NCBI GenBank assembly: GCA_963726745.1 | Contig: CAVSDR010000003.1 | Coordinates: 192,001-256,000, forward strand | DNA: 64,000 bases | Direction of reading: 5' to 3' | From: an uncultured Verrucomicrobiae bacterium | GTDB lineage: Bacteria; Verrucomicrobiota; Verrucomicrobiia; Chthoniobacterales; UBA10450 | In this document: positions 9,863 through 20,013 of the stretch, piece after piece | Layout: each line of letters opens with the position of its first letter | How positions within the stretch are numbered: position 1 is the first letter of the stretch | Notes under the pieces: model-generated | Seen by the model: only the letters and a program-made list of their open reading frames with translations | Told to the model about the DNA's origin: nothing | Databases searched by the model: none | Position numbers and translations under genes: made by a program

Positions 9863-10471
9863 CTACTCGAGCGCCGCGATCGCGGCCATCACGCGCTCGC
9901 TCAGTTGCTGGTAAACGTCTTTCCCGCGCGCACTCAATTCCTCGTCCGTAAAACGAATCGGCTCGCCGATGACCACGCGAATGGGATGGAAGCGCAGCTT
10001 CGAACTTCCGCGCGGCAGCGCCTCGTGCGCGCCGAAAATCCGCATCGGCAAAACTGGCGCGCGCGTCTTCGCGATCACGAAGCCGATGCCCGGGAGCGCC
10101 GGTTGCAAGTTGCCGTCTAAAGTCCGCGCGCCTTCCGGGAAAACCACCGTCGCATGCCCCGCTTTCAGGATTCGAATCAACGCTTTCAAGGCGCTGCGGT
10201 CGGTCCCTTCCTGGTCCACCGGGACGACATTCAGCTTCGGCAAAAGCCAGCCGAGCACGGGTGCATCGAGGAGTGTCTTGCGCGCGAGAAAATAAGTTTC
10301 GCGCCCGGAGGCAACGCCGGCCAGCGGCGGGTCGAGATAGCTTTGGTGATTCATCGCCAGGATCACCGGGCCCTCAAGGATGCGATGCTCGCGATGCTCG
10401 ACGTGGAAGCGAAAAAAGAGGCGGCCGATCGCCTTCGCGAGGTGGTAGCCGGTCCAGAACCAGAGATTCAT
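9863..10471 (-). CDS. plsC: 1-acyl-sn-glycerol-3-phosphate acyltransferase
   Basis: NHQSYLDPP and FPEGAR motifs. Confidence 0.88.
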   Translation of the reverse strand: MNLWFWTGYHLAKAIGRLFFRFHVEHREHRILEGPVILAMNHQSYLDPPLAGVASGRETYFLARKTLLDAPVLGWLLPKLNVVPVDQEGTDRSALKALIRILKAGHATVVFPEGARTLDGNLQPALPGIGFVIAKTRAPVLPMRIFGAHEALPRGSSKLRFHPIRVVIGEPIRFTDEELSARGKDVYQQLSERVMAAIAALE

Positions 10472-11151
10472 CTGGCCGAAGGCAGCGCGAGGCCTTTGCT
10501 CTTCAAGCGTTCGATGATCTCGCGCACGACTTCCTCGATACTAATGGCGGAGCTGTCGATAATGTGCGCATCGCTCGCGATCGTCAGCGGCGAGGCGCGG
10601 CGGGAAGAGTCGGCGCGATCGCGGGCGGCGATGCGGTCGGTTTGTCCCTGGTCCGCGCGGCGCTTCGCGCGAATCTCCTGCGAGGCATCGATGTAAAACT
10701 TGTAGGGCGTGTGCGGGAAAACGGCCGAGCCAATGTCGCGACCTTCCATGACCACGTCGTCCTGCAAGGCATAGGCGCGCATCTTTTCCACGAGCACTTC
10801 GCGCACATGGGCCACACTGCTGACCGGCGAAACGGATTCGTTCACGCTCTGGTCGCGCATGTGCTCGGTCGGGTCGATGCCGTCGATGCAGATGCGGGAC
10901 GAGCGCTCTTCCAGGTCGCAGACGATATTGGCTTCATCGGTCGCCCGGGCGACCGCCGCGACATCGAAGGGGTCGATCCCGCGAGCGAGCACATACCAGG
11001 TGATCGCGCGATACATCGCGCCGGAGTTTACGTAAAGAAAACCGAGCCGCTCCGCGAGCATGCGGGCGACGCTGCTTTTCCCGGAGGCGGCCGGGCCGTC
11101 GATCGCGACCACCCGGTGAAACGCAGGCGCGGCGCTACTCGTCATCGGCAC
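10468..11151 (-). CDS. cmk: Cytidylate kinase
   Basis: VAIDGPAASGKSS, SGAMYRA, MEGRDIG; follows aroA. Confidence 0.95.
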   Translation of the reverse strand: MPMTSSAAPAFHRVVAIDGPAASGKSSVARMLAERLGFLYVNSGAMYRAITWYVLARGIDPFDVAAVARATDEANIVCDLEERSSRICIDGIDPTEHMRDQSVNESVSPVSSVAHVREVLVEKMRAYALQDDVVMEGRDIGSAVFPHTPYKFYIDASQEIRAKRRADQGQTDRIAARDRADSSRRASPLTIASDAHIIDSSAISIEEVVREIIERLKSKGLALPSAR

Positions 11152-12487
11152 GCGAAGGGGTCAGCGAGCTGATGACCGGGGTGGTGACGCGCGCCCGTTT
11201 CGTGTTCATGAAATCCTCGAGCGCCTTGCCAAACTCGGGATACGACTCTTCCACGCATTGCGCATCCTGCACGATGGTCTCGCCATCGGCAAAAAGTCCT
11301 GCCACCGCGAAAGCCATGGCAATGCGGTGATCGCCGAAGCTGGCCACGCGCGCGCCGCGGAGCGAACCGCGCCCGTGGATTTCCAAGCCATCGTTTAACT
11401 CGATCACCTGTGCGCCCATCGCGCGAAGATTGTGCGCGATCGCCGCGATGCGGTCGGTTTCTTTCACACGCAATTCCTGTGCGTGCCGGATGGTGGTGGT
11501 GCCGCTGGCGAGCGCGCCGGCGACCGCGAGGATCGGGAGCTCGTCGATCACCTGTGGGATTTCTTTCCCCTGGATGACCGTGCCCTTGAGCGCGGCGCCG
11601 GTTACTTCCACGGTCCCGCGCGGTTCGATCTGGTCGACATCCTCGATCGCCTCACGCACCTGCGCGCCCATGCGCACGAGCACGCCGAGAAGGGCAGTGC
11701 GGGTGTCGTTCAAGCCCACATCCCTAACGAGTAGTCGGCCGCCCGGCTGGACCGCGGCCGCGACCAGCCAAAAAGCAGCCGACGAGATGTCGCCCGGGAT
11801 GGTGAAGTCGCGCGACTCCGGCGTTTGGTCGCCGAAGATGGTGATCCCGCCGTCTTCCTCCTTGACCGTGCGCACGAGAAAATAGTTCAGCATCAGCTCG
11901 GTGTGATTCCGGCTGGGCGAGGGCTCGGTCACGGTGGTTTTGCCCTTGGCAAAAAGCCCGGCGAGCAGGAGCGCGCTCTTGATTTGCGCGCTGGAGATGG
12001 GCGAAGCGTACTCGATCCCGCGCAGCTTCGAGCCGGTGATGCGCAAAGGCGCAGTGTCGTTAGGCCCCTCGGCGCTGAGGAGCGCGCCCATTTCTCGCAA
12101 CGGGGTAATGACGCGCTCCATCGGGCGGCGGCCGAGCGTGGCGCCACTGACCAGCCGGCTGTCAAACGGCTGGCCCGCCAGCAAGCCCGCGAGCAGGCGC
12201 ATGGTCGTGCCGGAGTTTCCGCAATCGATGTCGCCCGGCGGTGCGGTCAGGAGCCGACGTTTGCCGTGGACGATGAGCATGTCCGGCTCCGGTTGCTCGA
12301 TGCGAATCCCGAGCGCGCGCAAAGCTTGCACCGTGCGCAGGCAATCTTCGCTCGCGAGGAAACCGCGGAGCACGCAGACGCCATTGGAAAGCGCGGCGAT
12401 GATCACGGCCCGGTGCGAGATGCTTTTATCACCGGGGACGATGATCTCGGCGTCGATGCGCGGGGCTCGTTTTACGCGGAATTCCAT
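11135..12487 (-). CDS. aroA: 3-phosphoshikimate 1-carboxyvinyltransferase
   Basis: PGDKSISHRA, DCGNSGTTMR, SAQIKSA, ELRVKETDRI, GDHRIAM. Confidence 0.96.
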   Translation of the reverse strand: MEFRVKRAPRIDAEIIVPGDKSISHRAVIIAALSNGVCVLRGFLASEDCLRTVQALRALGIRIEQPEPDMLIVHGKRRLLTAPPGDIDCGNSGTTMRLLAGLLAGQPFDSRLVSGATLGRRPMERVITPLREMGALLSAEGPNDTAPLRITGSKLRGIEYASPISSAQIKSALLLAGLFAKGKTTVTEPSPSRNHTELMLNYFLVRTVKEEDGGITIFGDQTPESRDFTIPGDISSAAFWLVAAAVQPGGRLLVRDVGLNDTRTALLGVLVRMGAQVREAIEDVDQIEPRGTVEVTGAALKGTVIQGKEIPQVIDELPILAVAGALASGTTTIRHAQELRVKETDRIAAIAHNLRAMGAQVIELNDGLEIHGRGSLRGARVASFGDHRIAMAFAVAGLFADGETIVQDAQCVEESYPEFGKALEDFMNTKRARVTTPVISSLTPSRADDE

Positions 12488-12623
12488 GTGCCTATGAGTT
12501 CGTGCCGGCATCCGCCGAGGGCGGCACGATTATCGGAAATTCGCGCGCGGTGCCTAGCATCGGCAGAACGCCGGAGTTGTCCAGCGCGAGCACGCCGGAC
12601 GGTTCGACCCGCAGGACGACTCG

Positions 12624-13058
12624 TTAGGGAACGAGGAAGATTTTCCCGGTGTAGGGATCCTTCACTTCCGTGCCCGGAGCGTAGCCGCGCACGTCGGTCA
12701 TCTTGTCGGGTGAAAACGGGCTGCGGACAAAGCCGGGCTTCCCAGGAACCGGAATGGCGTAGGGATAATCACCCTTCGCCGTCGTCTGCGTGGCCGGCTG
12801 GCTTGGAGGATTATTTGACGGCGCCGAGACAGCTTCGGTCGTGGTGCTCTCGTGCAGCGCCGGCGCAGAGCCGGTCGTCGTGGTCGTGGTCGTTACGCCA
12901 TCTTCGGCGAACGGCTGGGGCTGCGCAGGATATTGCGTCTGCTGCGGGGTGGGATATTTCGCGACCGGGCGGCGAACATTCCGCCGGGGCGGCTCATCGA
13001 TTTCGCAGGAGGTGAGGGCAAAAGCCGCGAGCAGACCGATCGAGAGCGCAAGTTTCAT
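12624..13058 (-). CDS. Lipoprotein with a low-complexity linker and a C-terminal PVPGKPG...DPYT domain
   Basis: Lipobox LTSC; Thr-rich linker; C-terminus paralogous to 45206..45739. Confidence 0.75.
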   Translation of the reverse strand: MKLALSIGLLAAFALTSCEIDEPPRRNVRRPVAKYPTPQQTQYPAQPQPFAEDGVTTTTTTTGSAPALHESTTTEAVSAPSNNPPSQPATQTTAKGDYPYAIPVPGKPGFVRSPFSPDKMTDVRGYAPGTEVKDPYTGKIFLVP

Positions 13059-13161
13059 AGGCGATAGGACGAACAGGCTTGGTTCTAATTCAATGTCGCA
13101 GGGCTGACAATGGCTAATTACCCGCGGCGCAGGGGCGTGCGCTCGAGAAAAAAATAGCTGG

Positions 13162-14367
13162 GTGCAGAGCGGCGCTTCCGAAACTATCAGTGAAACAATG
13201 GCGGCTCACGGCGGACCGGAAATCCTGGTGGTAGATGACGATCCGCTGAGCCGGCGTCTCCTGACGCGCACTCTCACCGCGGCCGGTTTCCACTGCCGGG
13301 AATCGACCGATGGAAGCGATGCCTTGCGGCAATTACACGACAAGTTGCCCGCGCTCGTGCTGCTCGATTTCGACATGCCGGGAATCAACGGCGCCCAAGT
13401 GCTCGAACGCCTCCGCGCGGATCCCGATCCGCAGGTCGCGCAGTTGCCTGCGATCATGCTCACGGGCCATGGCGGCGAGGAAAGCGAAGTCCATTGCCTC
13501 GAAGCGGGTGCGAATGACTTCGTGACCAAGCCGATCAACGACGCCGTCCTGCGCGCGCGCATCGAGACGCAGCTGCGCTTGCAATCCTTGCGCCGGCAAT
13601 TGCAGCAGCAGAACGACGAACTCGAAGCCTGGCGGACGAATCTCGAGCGCGACCTCGAGGCGGCGCGCCTGACCCAGCAATCGCTGATTCCGCAGAGAGG
13701 CCCGGCCCTCGACGGCTGGGAAGTGGCCGCGGTTTATCGGCCGGTCATTCAGGTAGGCGGCGACATCTACGGCTGGCTGCGGCTGGCTGACGGGCGGACG
13801 CTTTTCTGGATGGTCGACGCCACCGGGCACGGCGCTTCCGCGGCCTTGCTCACGACCCTGGCCAAATTGCTTTTCCATCACGGCGGAATGGAGCATTCGA
13901 ACCCGGCCGCGATCATGCGCGCGGTCAACGACGACTTCCGCAGCATCTTCGGCGCGCGCTCGTTCATGACCGCAATGTGCGTCGCGCTCGACCCGCAGAC
14001 CGGCGCGGCCGCCGTCGTGGGCGCCGGCCATCCCCCGCTCTTCTTGCGCCGGCGCGACGGGCGCACGGAAGCGGTGGCTTCCTCGGCGCCGCCTTTGGGA
14101 TTAATGGAGCGCACGGAGTTTGCCGAGAGCGCGATCGAGGTCGGCCCGGGCGATGCCTTCCTGCTTTATACCGATGGGCTCTTCGGCGCGGAAAACGCGC
14201 ACGGTCCGCGGCTCACTCCAGAGAAGCTGGCGCAATTGCTCGCCAGCCCGGGGGCAGATGCACAGGCATTGCTCGATCGTGTCCTGGCGCACACCCTGGC
14301 GGAGCATGGCGAGAAGACGCTGCCAGATGACGTGGCCGCGATTGTGGTGCGGCGCGAGGGAGAATAA
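13162..14367 (+). CDS. Response regulator receiver fused to a PP2C/SpoIIE phosphatase (RsbU/RsbP-like)
   Basis: LVVDDD...LLDFDMP...KP receiver; VGGDIY, DATGHG, LYTDG, DD phosphatase motifs; start could be 13198. Confidence 0.9.
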   Translation: MQSGASETISETMAAHGGPEILVVDDDPLSRRLLTRTLTAAGFHCRESTDGSDALRQLHDKLPALVLLDFDMPGINGAQVLERLRADPDPQVAQLPAIMLTGHGGEESEVHCLEAGANDFVTKPINDAVLRARIETQLRLQSLRRQLQQQNDELEAWRTNLERDLEAARLTQQSLIPQRGPALDGWEVAAVYRPVIQVGGDIYGWLRLADGRTLFWMVDATGHGASAALLTTLAKLLFHHGGMEHSNPAAIMRAVNDDFRSIFGARSFMTAMCVALDPQTGAAAVVGAGHPPLFLRRRDGRTEAVASSAPPLGLMERTEFAESAIEVGPGDAFLLYTDGLFGAENAHGPRLTPEKLAQLLASPGADAQALLDRVLAHTLAEHGEKTLPDDVAAIVVRREGE

Positions 14368-14427
14368 CGCGCCCAGAGCGCAAAATTTAGTGTTGCCCTG
14401 CTATGGGCCACGGATTAATCAGCCTCT

Positions 14428-14727
14428 ATGCCGAAAACCACTTCCTCTGCGAAAGCACCCGCTAAACGTAAACCGAACCCGGCCTTCATGCGTCCGGTCC
14501 AGCCAGACGACAAGCTGGCCGAAATCGTCGGTTCCAAACCCCTCCCGCGCTCTGAACTGACCAAGAAGCTCTGGGATTACATCAAGAAAAACAATCTGCA
14601 GGACAAAAAGAAGCGCACGCAGATCAACGCCGACGACGCGCTCAAGCCCGTCTTCAATGGCAAGACTCAGGTGAGCATGTTCGAGATGACCAAGCTCGTC
14701 TCCGGCCACATCAAAGCGACTGCCTAA
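14428..14727 (+). CDS. Stand-alone SWIB/MDM2 domain protein
   Basis: LAEIVG...PRSELTKKLWDYIKKNNLQD...INADDALKPVF...SMFEMTKLVSGH. Confidence 0.93.
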   Translation: MPKTTSSAKAPAKRKPNPAFMRPVQPDDKLAEIVGSKPLPRSELTKKLWDYIKKNNLQDKKKRTQINADDALKPVFNGKTQVSMFEMTKLVSGHIKATA

Positions 14728-14757
14728 ACCCCCACCCTTACCAAAAAATTCCCCACG

Positions 14758-14790
14758 AGCCCGGCGTTTTACACGCCGGGCTTCTGTTGT
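14758..14790 (+). terminator. Intrinsic terminator after the SWIB gene
   Basis: Stem AGCCCGGCGT-TTTAC-ACGCCGGGCT followed by TCTGTTGT. Confidence 0.7.
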
Positions 14791-14846
14791 ACTGGAGGCG
14801 CGCAAGCGTCCTTGCACCCGGGCCGAAGCTGCGGAAAACTGAGGCC

Positions 14847-15296
14847 GTGAAAACCCTGCGCTCCGCTTTTTTAGCCATCACTTTCACTGCCCTCGTGGCG
14901 GTGGCCTGCGCCGCGGGCAAGCCAGGATGGCTGACGGATTTCAAGCAGGCCAGGGATGAAGCCAAGGCGAAGAACAAGCTCATCCTGGTGGACTTTACTG
15001 GCTCCGATTGGTGCGGCTGGTGCATCAAGCTCGATCGCGAAGTCTTCTCGAAGCCGGAGTTCAAGGAATATGCCGAGAAGAATCTTGTCCTTCTGGAAGT
15101 AGATTTCCCGCACGGGAAAAAGCAGTCGGAGGCCGAGCAGATCCAGAATCAAAAGCTCGCGCAGGAATACGGCATCCAGGGTTTTCCCACGATCATCGTC
15201 CTCGATGGTGCCGGGAAAAAAGTCGGCGAGCTCGGCTACATGCCGGGCGGCCCCAGCGCCTTCCTCGCGGAGCTGGACCGGCTGCGCAAAGGTTAG
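14847..15296 (+). CDS. Exported thioredoxin-fold protein (DsbH-like)
   Basis: Signal peptide, DFTGSDWCGWC active site, GFPT cis-Pro loop. Confidence 0.85.
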   Translation: MKTLRSAFLAITFTALVAVACAAGKPGWLTDFKQARDEAKAKNKLILVDFTGSDWCGWCIKLDREVFSKPEFKEYAEKNLVLLEVDFPHGKKQSEAEQIQNQKLAQEYGIQGFPTIIVLDGAGKKVGELGYMPGGPSAFLAELDRLRKG

Positions 15297-15313
15297 CGCC
15301 TAACGAGTGCTTC

Positions 15314-17203
15314 TTAGGCCGCGGCCGGCGCCTGCAGGAGACGCTTGAGCGCCTCCGCGAGATCGCTCCGCGTGAACGGTTTTGGCAGCGCGCCACGGAA
15401 ACCGTAAGCGATAAATTCCGAAAGTGCCGCTTCGTCCGAGTAGCCGCTGCAAATGATCGCGCTCACTTCGGGATCGATCGCGCGCAGGCGTTCGATCGTA
15501 GCCACGCCGCCGAGGCCGCCGCGCACGGTCGCATCGAGGATCACGGCCTGGAACCCCTCGCCCCGGCGGAAAGCGCGCTCGTAGGCCTTGATCGCCTCCG
15601 TCCCATCGGGCACGGCGGTGACTTCGTAGCCCAAAGTGCCGAGTAATTGCGAGGTCAACTCGCGAATCGCCGGCTCGTCATCCATCACCAGCACGCGCAA
15701 CTGCGCGGTGTGGCTCGTGGTGGCGCTTTGTTTTTCCTGCGCCGCCAGCGGACCGGCACTGGCCGGCAGATAGAAACTGAAAGTTGAGCCCTGCGCCGAG
15801 GAATCTTCGAGCAGGAGAAGGCCGCCGTGTTTTTTCACAATGGAATAACTGATCGCGAGCCCCAGGCCGGTGGCCGTGGGTTTGGTGGTAAAGTAAGGGT
15901 CGAAAATCTTCGTCATCAGCTCGTCGGGAATGCCCAAGCCGCCATCGGAGATCGAGATTTTGAGGTAACGTCCGGCCGGCAGGAGCGCGCCCGCTTTTTC
16001 CTCCAGCTCGACGTTTCGTGCAGAGACGCTCACGGTGCCCCCGTGCGGCATGGCCTCGCGCGCATTCAGGATGAGTGCGTTGACCACTTGCTCGATCTGC
16101 GAGGCGTCCACTTCCGACTTCCAGAGATTGGCCGCGATGTCGATGTGCGCGCGCACACTCGAGCCGTAGAGCGAAAACTCCGAGGCCTGCGCAAGCAGCG
16201 GGGCCATCGCCACCACTTTCTTGAGCGGCGCGCCGCCCTTGGAAAAAGTCAGCAGCTGGCTGGAAAGATGGGCCGCGTGCTGCGCCGCCTGCGCCGCCTT
16301 CGAGAGGAAGGATTGCAGGTTGGCGTTCTCCCCCGGGGCCTCGATCTGCGCCAGCCCGATGTTCCCGGAGATGACCGTGAGAATGTTGTTTAAATCATGC
16401 GCGATCCCGCCCGCGAGCGTGCCTAACGACTCCAGCTTGCCGGTGGTAAGCCGTTCTTCCTCGCTCCGTCGCCGCTCCGTAATGTCGCGGAAGAAGACCG
16501 ACACGCCGCCGCCGCTCGGGTAGGCGTGCACTTCAAACCACTTCCGCCCCTCGGCGTCGCTGGCCTCGAATTCCGTGGCCACGTTTTCCGCGAGCACCCG
16601 CCGGTAGTTCGTCTCGAAGACCGAGTCGCGCAGTTCCGGGAGCGTCTCCCAGAGATTTGCCCCCAGGATCTCCTCGCGGCGGCGCGCGAGCAGCAGCTCG
16701 GCCTCCGCGTTCATGTAGGTGATGTTCCAGGCCGCATCGACCGCGAAAAAGCCGTCGGTCGTGTTCTCGAGGATGTTGCTTAAATTCCGGCTGGAATCCT
16801 GGAGCGCGGCTCGAGCCTGGTTGCGCTCGGCGAGATCGCTAATCTGGCGCTCCGCGACCGAGAGGCGCACATTCAGCAAGGAGAGGTTGATCGGCTTGAT
16901 CAGGTAATCGTTCGCGCCCGCCTCCAGCGCCTGTTGCAGGTCTTCGCTGTCGCCGCGCGCGGTGACCAAGAGGATGAACATCTCGTCGCCGCCGGGGCGG
17001 GCGCGCAGCTCGCGGCAGAGCTCGACGCCGCTTTTACCCGGCAACATCCAATCAAGCAGGAGGAACGGAAACGACTCCTGCGCGAGGGCGCGCTCGGCCT
17101 CCTCCGCGCTGGCCAGCGCGGTCACTTCGTGACCACGGCGCTCGATTAGCCGTTGCAGGTTGCGACGACTATCCGCGTGGTCCTCGACTAGCAGGATTTT
17201 CAT
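15314..17203 (-). CDS. Hybrid sensor kinase REC-PAS-HisKA-HATPase-REC (cytoplasmic)
   Basis: N-terminal receiver, PAS (DGFFAVDAAW..YMN), AGGIAHDLNN H-box, FDPYFTTK and GLGL boxes, C-terminal receiver; no TM segment. Confidence 0.92.
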   Translation of the reverse strand: MKILLVEDHADSRRNLQRLIERRGHEVTALASAEEAERALAQESFPFLLLDWMLPGKSGVELCRELRARPGGDEMFILLVTARGDSEDLQQALEAGANDYLIKPINLSLLNVRLSVAERQISDLAERNQARAALQDSSRNLSNILENTTDGFFAVDAAWNITYMNAEAELLLARRREEILGANLWETLPELRDSVFETNYRRVLAENVATEFEASDAEGRKWFEVHAYPSGGGVSVFFRDITERRRSEEERLTTGKLESLGTLAGGIAHDLNNILTVISGNIGLAQIEAPGENANLQSFLSKAAQAAQHAAHLSSQLLTFSKGGAPLKKVVAMAPLLAQASEFSLYGSSVRAHIDIAANLWKSEVDASQIEQVVNALILNAREAMPHGGTVSVSARNVELEEKAGALLPAGRYLKISISDGGLGIPDELMTKIFDPYFTTKPTATGLGLAISYSIVKKHGGLLLLEDSSAQGSTFSFYLPASAGPLAAQEKQSATTSHTAQLRVLVMDDEPAIRELTSQLLGTLGYEVTAVPDGTEAIKAYERAFRRGEGFQAVILDATVRGGLGGVATIERLRAIDPEVSAIICSGYSDEAALSEFIAYGFRGALPKPFTRSDLAEALKRLLQAPAAA

Positions 17204-17400
17204 CTGGTTTAAAACCTCCGGCACACAAAAGCGCGCGCTGCGGCAGCCTGTGTGTGGAGCAGGATAACTGCCAGCAAGTGGGCTTTCTCAATGAGCGAGT
17301 GCGGCAGGGGACGGGATGTGCTTTCTTCCGGTGGCCAGGCTCCGGAGATTGCGCGGGGCAACCACTCTGCTAGATACACCTTCCCTCGCTCGCTTTCCTC

Positions 17401-18253
17401 ATGCCCTTTATACGGTTCTTCCTGTTCCTTGGTTTGTCTTTCCCTGCGCTGGTTCAACTCTCCGCGCAAGTTTCTTCCCCGTCGCCCGTGGCCACGCCGC
17501 TCCCGTTGGCCAGCACCAGCCCCGGCAGTTTCGGCCGCGCCGCAGATCACTTTCAATTCCGTGCACGTCGACGGCCCCTATGTGGCCATGACCTTCGACG
17601 ACGGCCCGAGCGCGGCCCTCACCCCGAAGCTGCTCGACCTGCTCGCGCAGCATAAAATGAAGGCGACCTTCTTCGTCGTCGGCCAGAACGCCGCGGATCA
17701 TCCGGAGATCCTGAAGCGCGCCGTGCGCGAAGGCCACGAGATTGCAAACCATTCCTGGTCGCATCCGAATCTCGCGCGCATGGGCGACGAGGCCGTGCGC
17801 CGCGAGCTGCAGAAAACAGACGACGCGATCAAGGCCGCGATCGGCACCCGCCCCACCCTCATGCGCCCGCCTTACGGGGCAATCACTCCCCGCCAGAAAG
17901 CGTGGATTCACTCGGACTTCGGCTATCGGATCATCATCTGGGACGTCGACCCGCTCGATTGGCGCCGCCCCGGCCCGAGCGTGGTCACGCATCGGATCGT
18001 GAGCGAAGCGCGCCCCGGCTCGATCATTCTTGCGCACGACATCCATCCGCCCACGATCGAGGCGATGCCGGCCACCTTCGATCAACTCGAAGGCAAAGGC
18101 TTCAAGTTCGTGACCGTCTCGGAATTACTCGCGATGGCCCGGCCGACGCCGCCGAAGGCACCGGTCGTCGCGCGTCCCGCAGCCTCGCCCGCCTCCGCCT
18201 CGCCCGCTGGGGCCAACGCGCCGGCCGCGCCGCCCGCGCAACCCAACGGCTGA
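17401..18253 (+). CDS. Secreted polysaccharide/peptidoglycan deacetylase (CE4); apparent frameshift near 17520
   Basis: TFDDGP, HSWSHP, RPPYG, IILAHD motifs; the signal peptide MPFIRFFLFLG lies in another frame upstream. Confidence 0.85.
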
Positions 18254-18261
18254 TTCGCGGC

Positions 18262-19986
18262 ATGCTGGCCGACGATTACCTGCAGCTGCGGAGCGAACTG
18301 GAGACAGCGCTCGCCGGGGTCCTCAAGCTCAGCTCGGAATTGCGCCGCGACCCGGCGGCGATCGAGACGCTCCAGGGATTGCTCACCGATCTGCGTGAGC
18401 CGCTGCTTTTTGTAGTCGTAGGCGAAGTGAAGGCGGGCAAGTCTTCCCTGCTGAACGCGCTTTTTGGCCAGGAATTTGCCCGCGTCGATGTGCTCCCGGC
18501 AACCGATCGCGTCTGCATCTTCCGCTACGGCGAAACGCCGAAGACGGTCGAGGTCTCGCCGCAACTGCTCGAGCGCTACGAGCCGATCGAGTTCCTGCGG
18601 AACTTCAACGTCGTCGACACCCCGGGGACGAACACCATGGTCGAGAAGCACCAGGAGATCACCGAGGGTTTCATCCCGCGCGCCGACCTCGTGCTCTTCG
18701 TTTTCTCGGTCACCAATCCGTGGACGCAATCCGCCTGGGCGCTACTCGATCTGGTGCAAAAGAAATGGCTCAAGAACGTCGTCTTCGTCTTGCAGCAAGC
18801 CGACCTGCGCGACCCGGCCGAGGTGGAAATTATCCAGCGACATCTGGAGGATACCGCGCTCCAGCGGCTCGGCTTCAAGCCGCCGATCTTTGCCGTCTCC
18901 GCGCGCAAGGCGCTCCTCGCCCGCACCACCGGAATCGACAAGGAAGGCCTCTGGACCGAAAGCCATTTCGAGGCGCTCGAGGAACAGATCACGCGCATGG
19001 TCACCGAAGGGAGCGCGCGTATGCTCAAGCTCCAGTCGGCCGGCCGCACCGCCGCGCTTATGCTCAACGAAGTGGCCGAGGAAGTGCGCGGCAGCTTCGA
19101 GACCATCCGGCGCGACGAGCTGCATCTCGCGCGCATCTCCGAGTTTCTTGAAGCGCGGAAAGCGCAAACGCTCCGGCAGGTGGCCGGCTTCCTCCGCGGG
19201 GTGGAACGCGCCTGCCGCGATTGCGCCGACCACGGCACGAAGTTGATCGAGGAAAAGCTTTCGTTTTGGAAGACCTGGCGCCTGATCTTCTCGCGCGCGC
19301 AATGGCAGCAGGATTTCCAGCAGGAAGTGGAAGCAAAGCTTCGGCAAACGGTCCAGCCACAGGTGGAAAACGCGGTGCAGTTGCTCGAGACCGACCTGCG
19401 CGGGCTCTGGCCGCAATTGCAGGATAACCTCGAGGCGCAGTTCGCCTCCGCCGGGCGCGCCCGCGTCGGCAAAAGCGCGCCCGATTTTGCACGCCAGCGC
19501 CGCGAACTTCTGCAATCGATCGAGCTCACGCTCATGGAACGTGTCGCCGGCAAAGGGATCGAGGAACAGCTCAGCCGCATGTTTGCCGAAAGCGCGGCCT
19601 GGTTGCGCGTGCCCGCGGGGGTGGCCGCAGCCGGCGGCCTCGCAACCGTTCTGGCGGCCATGATCAGCGCCTCGGTTGCCGACGTTACCGGGATCATCGC
19701 CGGTTCCGCACTCGCGCTCGGAACGTTCTTCGCCTTCACCCAACGACGAAAAATTCTCCGGACCTACGAGAAGGAAATGGAGACGAAGCGGGTGGAATTA
19801 GTCAGCGCGATCGAAGCGCAGATGGAGCACGCGATTGATCTTTTCTACAAAGAAATCGCGATCGCCTTCGAGCCGCTCGCGGCCTTCTGCTCCACCGAGC
19901 GCAAGCGCTACGAGCCGCTGCTCACCAGGGTGGAAACGCTGCGCGAAAACTTCGGCTCCTTGAAGACGCGCCTGGGCCAGGCCTAA
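18262..19986 (+). CDS. Bacterial dynamin-like GTPase
   Basis: GEVKAGKSS (G1), LPAT (G2), DTPG (G3), helical stalk, C-terminal hydrophobic hairpin. Confidence 0.85.
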   Translation: MLADDYLQLRSELETALAGVLKLSSELRRDPAAIETLQGLLTDLREPLLFVVVGEVKAGKSSLLNALFGQEFARVDVLPATDRVCIFRYGETPKTVEVSPQLLERYEPIEFLRNFNVVDTPGTNTMVEKHQEITEGFIPRADLVLFVFSVTNPWTQSAWALLDLVQKKWLKNVVFVLQQADLRDPAEVEIIQRHLEDTALQRLGFKPPIFAVSARKALLARTTGIDKEGLWTESHFEALEEQITRMVTEGSARMLKLQSAGRTAALMLNEVAEEVRGSFETIRRDELHLARISEFLEARKAQTLRQVAGFLRGVERACRDCADHGTKLIEEKLSFWKTWRLIFSRAQWQQDFQQEVEAKLRQTVQPQVENAVQLLETDLRGLWPQLQDNLEAQFASAGRARVGKSAPDFARQRRELLQSIELTLMERVAGKGIEEQLSRMFAESAAWLRVPAGVAAAGGLATVLAAMISASVADVTGIIAGSALALGTFFAFTQRRKILRTYEKEMETKRVELVSAIEAQMEHAIDLFYKEIAIAFEPLAAFCSTERKRYEPLLTRVETLRENFGSLKTRLGQA

Positions 19987-20013
19987 GCGTCTCTGCCAGC
20001 GTGAAAGCGCTGG

